Below, piece by piece: positions 52,025 through 64,000 of a stretch of DNA of 64,000 nucleotides. Source of the stretch: Octopus sinensis (Eukaryota); the NCBI RefSeq assembly GCF_006345805.1, contig NC_043008.1, forward strand, positions 8,060,001-8,124,000, given 5' to 3'. Both the position numbers and the translations under genes were made by a program. The notes below the pieces were generated by a model. That model saw only the letters and a program-made list of their open reading frames with translations, was not told where the DNA came from and did no database searches. Each line of letters opens with the position of its first letter. Positions within the stretch are counted from its first letter, which is position 1.

Positions 52025-53776
52025 TTGTTAGTTAACTGTTTACAGTTATTATTAGTGTAGTTCGATAGAGAGAAATCTTTTCCTTCATTGGTAAAATCGC
52101 ATTTGGTATATTTCCGGCTCTTTGCGTTTTCACCTCAAGTGCCTCTGAGGTCAATATTCGCACTCATCCCTTAAGGGTGAATCAAAATCTCTCCCTAAAT
52201 GCGCTCATCTGCTAACTAAATTATAAGCTTCATTGCTATTATTACCATTATTATTCCTCTGCTCTTTATGTTACTCTGGTATCGCGTTTCCTTTAATTAC
52301 TGTAGTTGTCAATAGATTTCATTTCAAATTCTCTGTAAAGAAATATGTAAAATATAGCTAGCTGTTTCTCAAATATAAGCCCCGGAACTACAGAGCTACG
52401 ATATATTTATCAGGTCTTTCATAATATTCTTGAACATAATTCAATAACTGCAATGAAACCTCCGTAATGTCGGTCAAAACAATAATATAAAGAAATCTAA
52501 TAACTACAGCCCAACGTCAATTTCCTACAATCGCCATATATTGTTTTACAAGATTAAATTCTCGTTAGGAAAACAGGAAGTAGAACCGTGTTTTGTTTTC
52601 ACTTTTATCAGTTCTATCTTAATTGTTGATATATAGTATTATTATGTCGGCAATTATAATAAATGCCACCATCCATCATATCATATTTTACATTAATGTG
52701 TCAAAACGAAATGGAATATACAAACAAATTGAATATACGGACTGCTGGGTAGAATATTGAATATGTCCCCTTAGATTAAGCCTAGACTTTATTTATGACG
52801 ATTTTAGTTTGCTTTGAGAGTAGAACATTTCTTTGAAATGTTACGATATGTTATTCAAATTGTGAGTATACTGGGATATTAATGCTGAAATCATTATCAT
52901 ATACGTTTCTAGTGTTGCTTAAAATAGAAACAAATCCTCAATCTTGTCAGTAATTCTCCAGGTCAATTTGTTTTTAATTTTGCTTTTGTGATCTTGTAAA
53001 ACGAACAATTTCTGTCGCTAGAAATAGTTGACATTCTACTTGAGCGTTACACAAACGTTATTATTGCGTAACAAAAACCGCTTGTGTAACACCTTCCTCT
53101 CTCTGTCGTCAGAACATACATTTCATAATCACTTATACACCTAGTCAGACTGTTACTGCTAATTACTACTACACTTCACTTAGAAAAAATGTTTCCTAAT
53201 ATTTTTTATACCAATACCATATCACATCAATCTCACATATTTTTTAAATGCAATATCTTATCTCGTTCAGCTCGTACATAATTTAAATGCAATATCAATA
53301 AATTTTATTATATAAATATAATATTTACTAGCAATTACCTTCCTATGTTCTTAATGCCTGAATAACTACCACTAACTCCTCCAGCCATGCTTTTACACAT
53401 ATGGATACAGTTATTATTTTACAATTACACACACACACACACACACACAAACACACAAACACACAAACACACAGACACACACGCATGTGCGCGTAGACAC
53501 ATATAGATTGATTAGAACTCTCCACCAGACACCATTCCTCAGTATTTCAAGCACGCAAGCATTCGTATACAAGCTTTCTCAGAGATATTGCAGAAATTCT
53601 GTGTACACAGGTTATATGCACAAAAGGCCATTTCTAAACCCGATTACGTCAGTCTATGTCCGATATCAATTTCACTTGTGCTCACTCTTTTCTGCTAGAA
53701 ACTACCAACTACAGCATACTCACTCAGTTCCCTATGTTATTGCCCATGCTCGTTTTTCCATAACACTAAAGCCAAC

Positions 53777-53808
<32 letters not shown>

Positions 53809-54189
53809 CTGTCTGTCTGTCTGTCTGTCTGTATGTCTGCCTGTGTCTGTTTCTCTATCTGTATGTGTGTGTTCGTGTATGTATATTACGGAGATGTACT
53901 TGCATAGCATGTTACCTGATCTGAGATTGTGTGTTGAAACAAAAACAATTGCAGCGCGGAAAGTGTTTATAATCCATTTAAAACACTCAGAAACCGTTAG
54001 TTCACTTAGAGTTTGATGTATTATTTTACGTCTGCGCACACTTAGCCTTATATATTAGTATAGGTACATATATAACTAAATATGTACCGAAACACATACA
54101 TAAAATTTAGAATAAATCTAAATATATGAACATACGAATAAATGTACTAATAGGAATGTATACATATGTGTACGTATAGAGATATATTC

Positions 54190-54355
<166 letters not shown>

Positions 54356-54393
54356 AACACTCACACACATACATATATGTACACATATACATA

Positions 54394-55073
54394 CAGGATG
54401 CGATTGGTAAATTGTCGCCATGTTGTATTTTTGATTTAGCGCAATAAGTGTTTTTGATTGTGTCGATTACATAGTATAGTAGGGTCAGCTGGGCACCGTC
54501 AGCGAGAAAAATAGCACCTTGACGCAATTCATTTTACTCGAAATTTGGAAACACGGAGTACAGATTGGTATTGGAGCTGAAAGCACCAATATGAACAGAT
54601 GCTGAACACAAAGAACAATTGTTGGCTTGCCAAGTTCCGAGAATGGTAAATATCAAACATTCATTCAGCAACATGGTGTTTGGAGTGATCACTAGTGATG
54701 TCAGTCAGACCTTTCTGCAAACTCATCACCCCTAACATCTGGACACCTATCTCTCCGGACTGCAACCCCCTTCATTATTATGTGTGGGACGCAGTTGAGC
54801 GACAGACCGACAAAATGCTTGTAATACCAAAGCTGAAATGAAGGCAAGAATTATGGTAGGATTCACCAACTTAAACAACGAGAGCGGCCAAAAGGTTTGC
54901 AGGAGATTTCGAATTTTTTGTGGAGGTTATGACAATTTTATTGAATAAAATTACTTCGTAGTTTTTCAAGATATTTTTATGTAATTATGGTGAATATATC
55001 TGTAAAAATAAGATGTCAGTGATATTTTCATTTTTTTTTGTAATTAAGACGTGAATATAGTCGCCGCGCGTTG
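54394..55073 (+). mobile_element. Internally deleted, decayed Tc1/mariner element (TA-flanked)
   Basis: Starts TA|CAGGATGCG. Translates LITPNIWTPISPDCNP..YYVWDAVER...CNTKAEMKARIM..FTNLN...CRRF, a variant of the WPPNSPDCNPLDY motif. The right TIR is degenerate. Confidence 0.75.
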
Positions 55074-56003
55074 TATACGTATGTATGTGTCTATATATGT
55101 AAGTATGTATGTATATGTGTTTATATAGTATATAAATACGCACACATATACCTTATTGCATATATTTTATCTCATACTGATAATAGAAGTATACTTATTT
55201 AGGTACATTGAATTGCACACGTATCTATATACACAGATATGTGTATATATCCATGATAGCATACAACAGAAAGACGACACATACAAGTACTCACATATAC
55301 CCTTAGACATACATACAGGTGCAACTATGCATGCGTTAATATAAGCAAATTTAGAGAACTTACATGCTTATAGGTACTGGTATGAGTGTATGTGCATAAA
55401 TGCTTTGACGTAAACACTTCAGATAGATTGAATCTGTCAATATGATAACTGGAACAAAATTAACCATTCGTGTATATTATTAAAAGGAAATAATTTCTAA
55501 GGTATATGCAAATCTGAAGTACATACATTGAAGGTGTAAACTTACAGAACCGTGCGGTCATTGAAGGTAAGTAGCTTCAAGAATATTAAGGAAACGGTTC
55601 AGGCATTGAATGCGGTAGACTGTAAACTTAAATCTCAACATATAAGTAGAATTTTATAAATAACAGGGTGTGTAAAGTTCCAATACAATATCTATTTTTA
55701 TGGTGAACACAAAACATTGTTAGCCGAGAGAGGAATTATACATTCGTATTGGTAAAGTTTAAATTTCATTTCTGTAATTTTAACATACATGTGTATACTT
55801 AGGTATAGGTTATCACATAGGAATTGTTTATTATTTTAGGTGCAGCACCAATGGGAAAATAATTATTTTCATAGATGCGTCTAAAATAATAAAAAATTAG
55901 AATAACGCAAAAACAGTTACGTAAGAACATTTTTGTGGTTTAATACCACATATTCACCCGCCATTCAGTCTTAATTGATACTTCTATTATAGCTCAAAAA
56001 TGT

Positions 56004-56392
56004 GGAGGCACAATGGCCCAGTGGTTAGGGTAGTGTACTCGCGATCGTAGGATCGCGGTTTCGATTCACAGACCAGGCGTTCTGAGTGTTTATTGAACGA
56101 AAACACCTAAAGCTTCATGAGTTCCCAGCAGGGGATGGTGGCGGACACTGCTCTACTCTTTCACCATAGTTTCCCCCACCTCTTTCTTCCTGTTTCTCCT
56201 GTACTTGTACTTCGAAGGACTTGCTTTGTCACACTCTGCGTCATGTTGAAGTTCCTCGAGAGCTACATTAAGTGAATCTCCCCAAGAACTACATCTGTGG
56301 AGTGCTCAGCCACTTGCACGTTAATTTTCATGTGCAAGCTGTTCCGTTGATCGGATCAACTGCAACTTACGTCTTCGTAACCGACAGAATGC
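56004..56392 (+). mobile_element. SINE family A (diverged, full length)
   Basis: Collinear with 13391-13771. Confidence 0.9.
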
Positions 56393-58681
56393 CTGGTATA
56401 GCTCGAAAATATTTTCAAGCTAAATACTTCCCTAAATCTGGCCCATATCATGATATTGTCTATAGACAAAAATTAAATTACTTCTACATTCTAACGAAAT
56501 GTTGTAGATAAAAATGTTCGCATAACTTTAAGTGCAAATCTTTTAGTTTTACCTAGTAATAAAAATGTTAGTGTCTGGTTTTCCATATTTAGTTACTCTC
56601 ATATAGTAATACTATACATTTGTTTACCTCTCAGTTATTCTACAAAATGGGTAGCATAGGATATAATAATATATTGCCCAATTTTACTTTTAGATTAAAA
56701 TGTTTGTGCACAGCTCTTCCTCTATAAAACATTCTATATCGGTAGATTAGAATATATCGTTTAAGTTATCATCATTAATTTTACTGGACTTAATAACGTC
56801 ACAATATCAATTTCTTTCCAGAGATACTTAGTAAAAAATAATCGAACTGGTTACATATCTCTGCTTGAGATTCCTAAACAAGATTGACTATTTTATATTT
56901 AATGGACATAAGCAAAGATAGTCTGGTAACTTCCTGTACATTTCATTCATAAACATTTTTATATTTTTCCTACACACCAGTGCAATACATGCATATATAT
57001 ATATATGACTTTGTGTGTCCGTCCGTGTGTACACCTACGCGCACATACACATAGACTCAAACATATACACAAAGGTATATGGTGAAGTATTTGTTCTGCG
57101 ATCCTTCAGTCTCCAGCAAAGATGAAGATAACCTGTTCACTTCCTCTATGTGCAAACAGGAACTGCAGCATCCAACCAGTGATATGAAGTAACAACAAAC
57201 TTGAATCAAACATAATATCCCGCTGTGGACTCTGATCCGGTTCAAGTCATACTTGTCTAACGAAGAATTGGAAAACGTGGACACCTATCTAGACAGCTAC
57301 TCAAAACATTTTTCACTGAATTAATTTTGATCTCCCATAGAGTTTTATCTTAAATTGCGATCGATCTTGCATAATAATACTTGTGTGCTTTCTTTTCCAT
57401 AATTCTACACATTTATCATATTGCATGTTCATCGCAATGGTAATTTTTGTAATCTCTCCAATATCTGCAACCATATTCAGAGATAAATTGATTTGCTTGG
57501 AAATTATTACAAAAAGAAAGAAATATTTTATGATAGTATATAAGAAATTAATTCCAGTCAATATAATATAATGGTTTTTAATTTCGTTCTAGTTAGCTAT
57601 TTCGCATGCTGTTGTTTCACAAATGAGGATACGCATTTCTTCCTATATAGGAAAGAAATAAAGAAATATTCAAAATGAAAAATTCATTTAATGTCAGTGC
57701 GCTCGTTCATATGAGAATTTTATATTATATATTTATAAATATTTGGAAATATAAGATGCCTTTCATACTTTATCTCATCCAGTTAAAGAGTTATTTAAAA
57801 CCTTAATATAAAATTTTAAATTGAGGAAAATGTTGAAATGTGTCCAATAAATAAAATGTAATTATCCATAAAGATCCTTCGTTAATAAATATGCACAAGT
57901 TAATATTGAACGATAGGATAATATGAGATATAGCAGGAAACTTTCTCCTGCGAAGTGTCTCTGAAATATTTGGATTTTCTGTTAATCAGCTGCGTTGCTT
58001 GAAGTTAATTCATACCAAGAATTTCAGGATTTCAGTATTTTAATTTCAATATGCAATGCCATACGAATATTTTAATATTTCGACCGGATATTAAATTATT
58101 AAGGTTCAGCGAAAGTTCAACCCAAATCAAAGATATGCATGATAAACAGAGCAATTACTCACCGTTTGTAAACAGCTTTAAACATTAGCAAATATAATCG
58201 TTATGCAGCAAAGACTAGAATCTACCGTGGTGTCTATTTTATTACCATTCCATTGAGTTATTTGAAATTTTCAACAAATATTTATTAATTTAAAGTGGAA
58301 TGTCACTGACCAGGTCGTATGTGTACGACGAAAGACTTTGATTCCGAATAATCTGTAATATTTCTATAACTAATAATAAAATAAATGTGGATATATCAAT
58401 GAAGGTGTGAAAATTAAGTTACAATGAGTCGACTATGTAGGAATTGCTTTTGTCATATCAAAAGACTTCGAAGCAAATCAGTTACTAAGCAAGAGCGTCT
58501 CGAATATTTATTAGTTTTCATTTTTATACATAAGGTTAAATTATACATTTTAATTTTGTCGGTGGCACTTTCACAAATGATGTGTTACAGCAAATGCAAC
58601 GAAAGTATACTGGGCCAGATTCTTGGCGAGACATTTCAAACACATACACATACAATTACATACGCATGAAAATGCGTATAG

Positions 58682-58717
<36 letters not shown>

Positions 58718-59024
58718 ACGTACACACACACATGCACACATACACATATCTGTATAATGCGTGTAAAGCGTTTATAAAGCGAGAAGGAAACGGCATACTC
58801 GAAAAGGAATACTTAAATTTCTTGCTGATCAGGCAATTTACGGAGAGCCAGAGGCATTTAGCTTTGATATTCTAATGACTTTCAAACTAGAGGAGACTTT
58901 AATTGCAAACTAGAAGCTAACTTGCGATGGAGACCTTATTTAAAGACGCCTACGTCTAGGCAAAAACATGCATACATGCATATATATATATATATAATAT
59001 ATAATATAATATATATATATATAT

Positions 59025-59080
<56 letters not shown>

Positions 59081-59297
59081 TTATGTATGTATGTATGTAT
59101 GTATGCTGAGCTACAAAGAAATGTTGCACTGTAAAACATTTGTTTCACACATGATGTTGAGATATGTGGAGTTTATCACGTTTCTAGGTAAGTTGACATC
59201 ATGAAGATATCACTGATCAACAACACCACCCTCTTTTTGCCAACACAAGGATTTGACGTACATATATGTGTATGTATGTGTGCATATATATATATAT

Positions 59298-59339
<42 letters not shown>

Positions 59340-59448
59340 ATATTTCGGAATGGTCATATTGCCAGTTTAGCCATTCCGAATATAACAATATCTGTTTCAA
59401 CACACGACTTCACATAAAAAATCTTGCACAACAAATATTTAAACGTAT

Positions 59449-59611
<163 letters not shown>

Positions 59612-59645
59612 GTATATATATACATATATATATATGTGTTTATAT

Positions 59646-59819
59646 ATATATATATACGACGGGCTCCTTTCTGCCTCCGTCTCCTAAATCCACTGACAAG
59701 GCTTTGGACGGCCCGAGGCTATAGTCATAGAATACACTTGCTGAAGTTGCCACGTTGTCCGACTGATACTGCAATAATGTGGTTGGGAAGCAAGCTTTTC
59801 ACCACACAGCCATACCTGC
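59646..59819 (-). mobile_element. SINE family B head
   Basis: Reverse complement of the 38884 head; runs into a long (TA)n tract. Confidence 0.8.
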
Positions 59820-60354
59820 TCTGATATATATAAATATATGCACATATATATGCATACGCTTGAAATTTACCTACTCATACAATTACGTTTGACTAAAGTC
59901 TGAAGAGCTCTCATTCACGGCACGTTTGGTTTTGGGTTCAGACGTGAATACGGTGTTGAAATGTCACCATTTCAGTAATATCTTCCAAACTGGAAAATAT
60001 TTTAGGTAAGGAATGGAAGGGAGTAATCGGATGTCTCCAGTGACCCATTGCTCATTTCATAAAAAGTACAACTTTTAAAAGTTTTCGACACCACATCAAT
60101 AAGGGAAGAAATTTAAGCATGCGAAAATGATTATGCGCGCGCAAACACACGTTTACACACTGACAGACACACACACACAACACACACACACACATATATA
60201 TATATATAATTACGTATATATGAATGTATTTTTACGTGAAAGTATATGCATATATATGTCTATGTGTGTGTATGTCTAATCTCTCTCTATATATGCATGC
60301 ATATATGTGTCTGTGCGTATTTACGTATGTGTATGCATGTATGTATATATATAT

Positions 60355-60391
<37 letters not shown>

Positions 60392-60412
60392 GTAAATATA
60401 TATATATAATAT

Positions 60413-60445
<33 letters not shown>

Positions 60446-60514
60446 GTATGTATATATGTATGTATATATGTATGTATGTGTATATATATATATATATGTA
60501 TATATATATGTATA

Positions 60515-60706
60515 CTCTGTGTTTGTCTCCCCAGCATCGCTTGAAAACCGATGCTATTTACATCCCCGTAATTTACCAGTTCTGCAAAAGTGACCGATAG
60601 AATAAGTACTAGGCTTACAAAGAATAAGTCCTGGGGACGATTTGCTCAACTAAAAGTGGTGCTCCAGCATGGCGACTCTCAACTAACTGAAACAAGTAAA
60701 AGAGTA
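60515..60706 (+). mobile_element. SINE family B 3' module
   Basis: Matches 39080-39244 and extends to ctgaaacaagtaaaagag. Confidence 0.85.
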
Positions 60707-61283
60707 TACGTTTATATACATGTATACACGACCTGTTGTGTGTGTCCTCTTTCACTTTTCGGGGCCTGGTATTACCAGAAGAGCAACGAAAGCCATACAT
60801 ATATTAATTACTGAGTAAACGCGTTTCATTAATAATAGAAAGAATTCCATCAGCCAAAATAATCAAAAGGAGAAAAAACTAGGGTTAAGTATTTTTTTTC
60901 TAATGATTTTTAATTTCTCATTTAATAGAAATTTGTAACGCGTGTTGCTATTCTGACGCGTATATTTTCTTGCGCAATTTAATAAATATCATTAAATAAA
61001 CAATACCGTTGGGTATAATTATGTGACTTTTTTCATGCGTATAATATCATTTGCTCTCCGGTTATTTCTCTTGGGAAATGAGCAAACCAACAAAATGCCT
61101 GATTTAGTGTGAAGATCGTCTGAGAAGATATATTTCAAAGACATCAGATTTCAATGTTTCACATGCATTTAATTCATCGCATTCTCATTATTTTCATCTT
61201 AACTTTCTAAATTGTTACACTGGTTGATGGAAAGAGAAATTGCAGAATAGCACATTATCTGCCTTGTGGTATTCAGTGAAAAA

Positions 61284-61514
61284 GGCGGCGAGCTGGCAGA
61301 AACGTTAGCACGCCGGGCGAAATGCGTAGCCGTATTTCGTCTGCCGTTACATTCTGAGTTCAAATTCCGCCGAGGTCGACTTTGCCTTTCATCCTTTCGG
61401 GGTCGATTAAATAAGTACCAATTACGCACTGGGATCGATGTAATCGATTTAATCCGTTTGTCTGTCCTTGTTTGTCCATTCTGTGTTTAGCCCCTTGTGG
61501 GCAGTAAAGAAAGA
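61284..61514 (+). mobile_element. SINE family C, full length with 13-bp TSD
   Basis: ggtattcagtgaa at 61268-61280 and 61515-61527. Confidence 0.93.
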
Positions 61515-61937
61515 GGTATTCAGTGAAGATTATTTAACATTTTTGCTTTCAAATATAACATTTAGTTAGGTATTAATTGCATAAAACTGCTACTTCCATA
61601 CTCCCTGCAACAAAAAAAAAAAAAATCCCTAAACTGGTTTGCTATTAGGATTATGATGGATTATTTCATTCATGAAGATTCGAAATCCGTTTTATTGATT
61701 CATAGCTCCATTTTAGTACATTTCCTCCTCTCTACAATTTTGTAAAATGCATGAATTTCGACACATGATTAAGACACATATTCAAATTCAATGTCTATGA
61801 ATAGGACTGCTCTGGGTTTTTAAATGCGGCGGCTTGATATTCTGTTTATTTTACGGTTTTACTATACTTTTATACCTGGCTACATGTGTAAAGCAAATAT
61901 ATCACTCTTTGCAATATTTACTCCATTATACTACGCG

Positions 61938-62292
61938 GTACTCTGTCGGTACTCTACGAGGTTCAGTTGATACAATCAAAGAAATAGCCTGCTCGTAAAA
62001 TTAACGCAAAAGTGGTTGAGCACTCCACAGACACGTGTATAGTTAACGTAGTTCCCGGGGAGATTCAGCGTGACAAGCCTGGCCCTTCGAAATACAGATA
62101 GAACAGAAACAGGAAGAAAGAGCGAGAGAATGTTGTGGCGAAAGGGTGAAAGTGTAGAGCAGGGTTCGCAACCACCTCTTGCCGGAGTCTCGTGGAGCTT
62201 TAGGTGTTTTTCACAACGCGCAGTATGGTAATCGAACCCGCGATCCTACGACAGCGAGTCTGCTGCCCTAACGACTCGGCCATTGCGCCTCA
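61938..62292 (-). mobile_element. SINE family A
   Basis: Reverse complement of 13391-13771 with small indels. Confidence 0.9.
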
Positions 62293-62851
62293 CACTTCGT
62301 GTGTATAGATATATATGTGAATACTTAATATTGTGTATTTTGTAGTGATTATTATTAGCATGTCGTAAAATGTTTACGTACATTCACTCTTACGCACAAA
62401 CATATGACTACATACATATCACCATATGTTCTTGTGTCTTTTCAGTGTGGTGTGAACTTACATAAATATGTTTTAGTATTTTTATATAATTGTGTACACT
62501 TCTTTCAAATAACAATAACTTTCGATTACATTTTAGGTGCGGAGTTGTCACTACGTACATTTCTTTTTAAACATTTGTTTGGGAAAATCCAAAGGAAACT
62601 TCTTTAAGTTGTAGTTAGATTGTATTTTTATGTTTCAAATATTTATTAAAATAACTCTGTATTTGTGTGTGAATACGCTAGAGGTCTGCGATGATTGTGT
62701 ATCGTTTATTTTATCATTGTGTGCGTATGTAGTCGTGTTTTAATTTGTATACAAACAAATGCTCGAATATCTTTGGGCGAGATTAATTTTCAATATATAT
62801 ATATATATATACAAACACACACACACATACACACACACACACACACCACAC

Positions 62852-62912
<61 letters not shown>

Positions 62913-63472
62913 GTACAAATATGTGTGTGTACGCGCTTGTGTGGATACAACTAAAATCAAAATAGAAAATATCACAGTTAGACACTAACATATTCGGACA
63001 GTCGAAAAGAACCACAAACAAATACGAAACACAATAAAATTAGCTTTGTAAGATATATTTGTATTCTAGAAAAAATGTGTTTTGACTCATTCTTCGTAGA
63101 TTATACGATATACACATGATTGGAATATATTAAATTTCAACCCGTCTGTAAATTAATTCAAACGATAATACACCATTTTGTTTTCGTCTTGCCATATAAA
63201 TTGATCAAAGTTAATCTGTAGTACAATAGTGACTACGTGCATACAATATCTAACACTACAAAACAGAAATAAGTTTGCATAACATTTTATATTTGATTTT
63301 CATTTTGTGCTTAAGAAAATATTGGACACATTTCTGGTTTACTAATGAAGATTATCAAGTATGAACGCTTAATCTTATAACATAAATTATTTTGTCAATA
63401 TTATCGTTTTATTTTATCTCCCGGAATAAGCACGAAACCATCTCTCACCGACATGTATACACACACACACAC

Positions 63473-63504
<32 letters not shown>

Positions 63505-63769
63505 CTGTGTGTGTACATATACGTATGATGGTATGTATGCATGTATGTATATGTATGCAGAAAAAGAAAAAAGAGTCGGAGAGTAATGATTGTTTAAATG
63601 TGTAAAACGGCTAACATGAAGCTAATTTAATACAATCATCGCAGTGATTCTTTCTCCCAACAATAGGATGACATTTTTGTCTCAGAAGTAATAGTTTGGT
63701 TATTTAGTTTGACAACGTATTATAGAAAGAAATTAATGTTTTTAATTTTCTCATTGTTTCATGCTTGTT

Positions 63770-64000
63770 CAGCTTGATCGTTCAAATCGGGCTAATAAAG
63801 GTTCGAACCTCGTCCTGTCGTCCTTCCTCTCGGTGCCATGAATCTCCTAACAGAGTATCAGGTCTGCCCGATCGCTTTTTTATCAATAAGGCTAAAATCT
63901 CCAGCTCGGAACCCTGCGAACCTTGCGAACCACTTCTGTACAGTTCTTTCGCATAAAGAAACATCACCGTAAACTGAGCATATTTCTTTGGTTGCTTGTG
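63770..64000 (-). mobile_element. Decayed mariner transposase HTH region (continues beyond the window)
   Basis: ATKEICSVYGDVSLCERTVQKWFARF(AGF)RAGDFSLID, then frameshift, RSGRP. Classic mariner VYG...WF.RF..GDF.L.D..RSGRP motif, with a 9-bp tandem duplication. Confidence 0.85.

Noticed and set aside
57057-57284. 75-aa Cys-rich minus ORF
   Set aside because: No convincing donor, no recognisable domain, and its length is within chance expectation.

Overview
AT-rich, microsatellite-saturated eukaryotic DNA. The SINE families and repeat landscape point to a cephalopod, probably Octopus (inferred from my recall of these repeats, not from a search). There are no prokaryotic features, CRISPR arrays, rRNA genes or intact tRNA genes. 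Most ORFs in the track are translations of (TA)n, (CA)n and (AAT)n tracts. Recognisable content: three tRNA-headed SINE families (A, B, C); a HERO-like RLE LINE fragment; a 2-kb 5'-truncated R4/Dong-clade LINE plus four smaller R4 fragments; an RTE 3' end; four or five decayed Tc1/mariner remnants; two non-autonomous Helitrons, one carrying a tandem array; and MITE/foldback elements. One GC-rich, Asn-tract-containing probable minus-strand exon (16785-17352) may belong to a gene spread across the window, but I cannot name it. Most interesting: (i) every long (AAT)n tract is bordered by R4/Dong pieces and/or a 551-bp non-coding element with a fixed start, arranged the same way at two loci, suggesting a microsatellite-targeting LINE plus non-autonomous partner; (ii) three perfect or near-perfect inverted duplications, two of them abutting (TA)n tracts.
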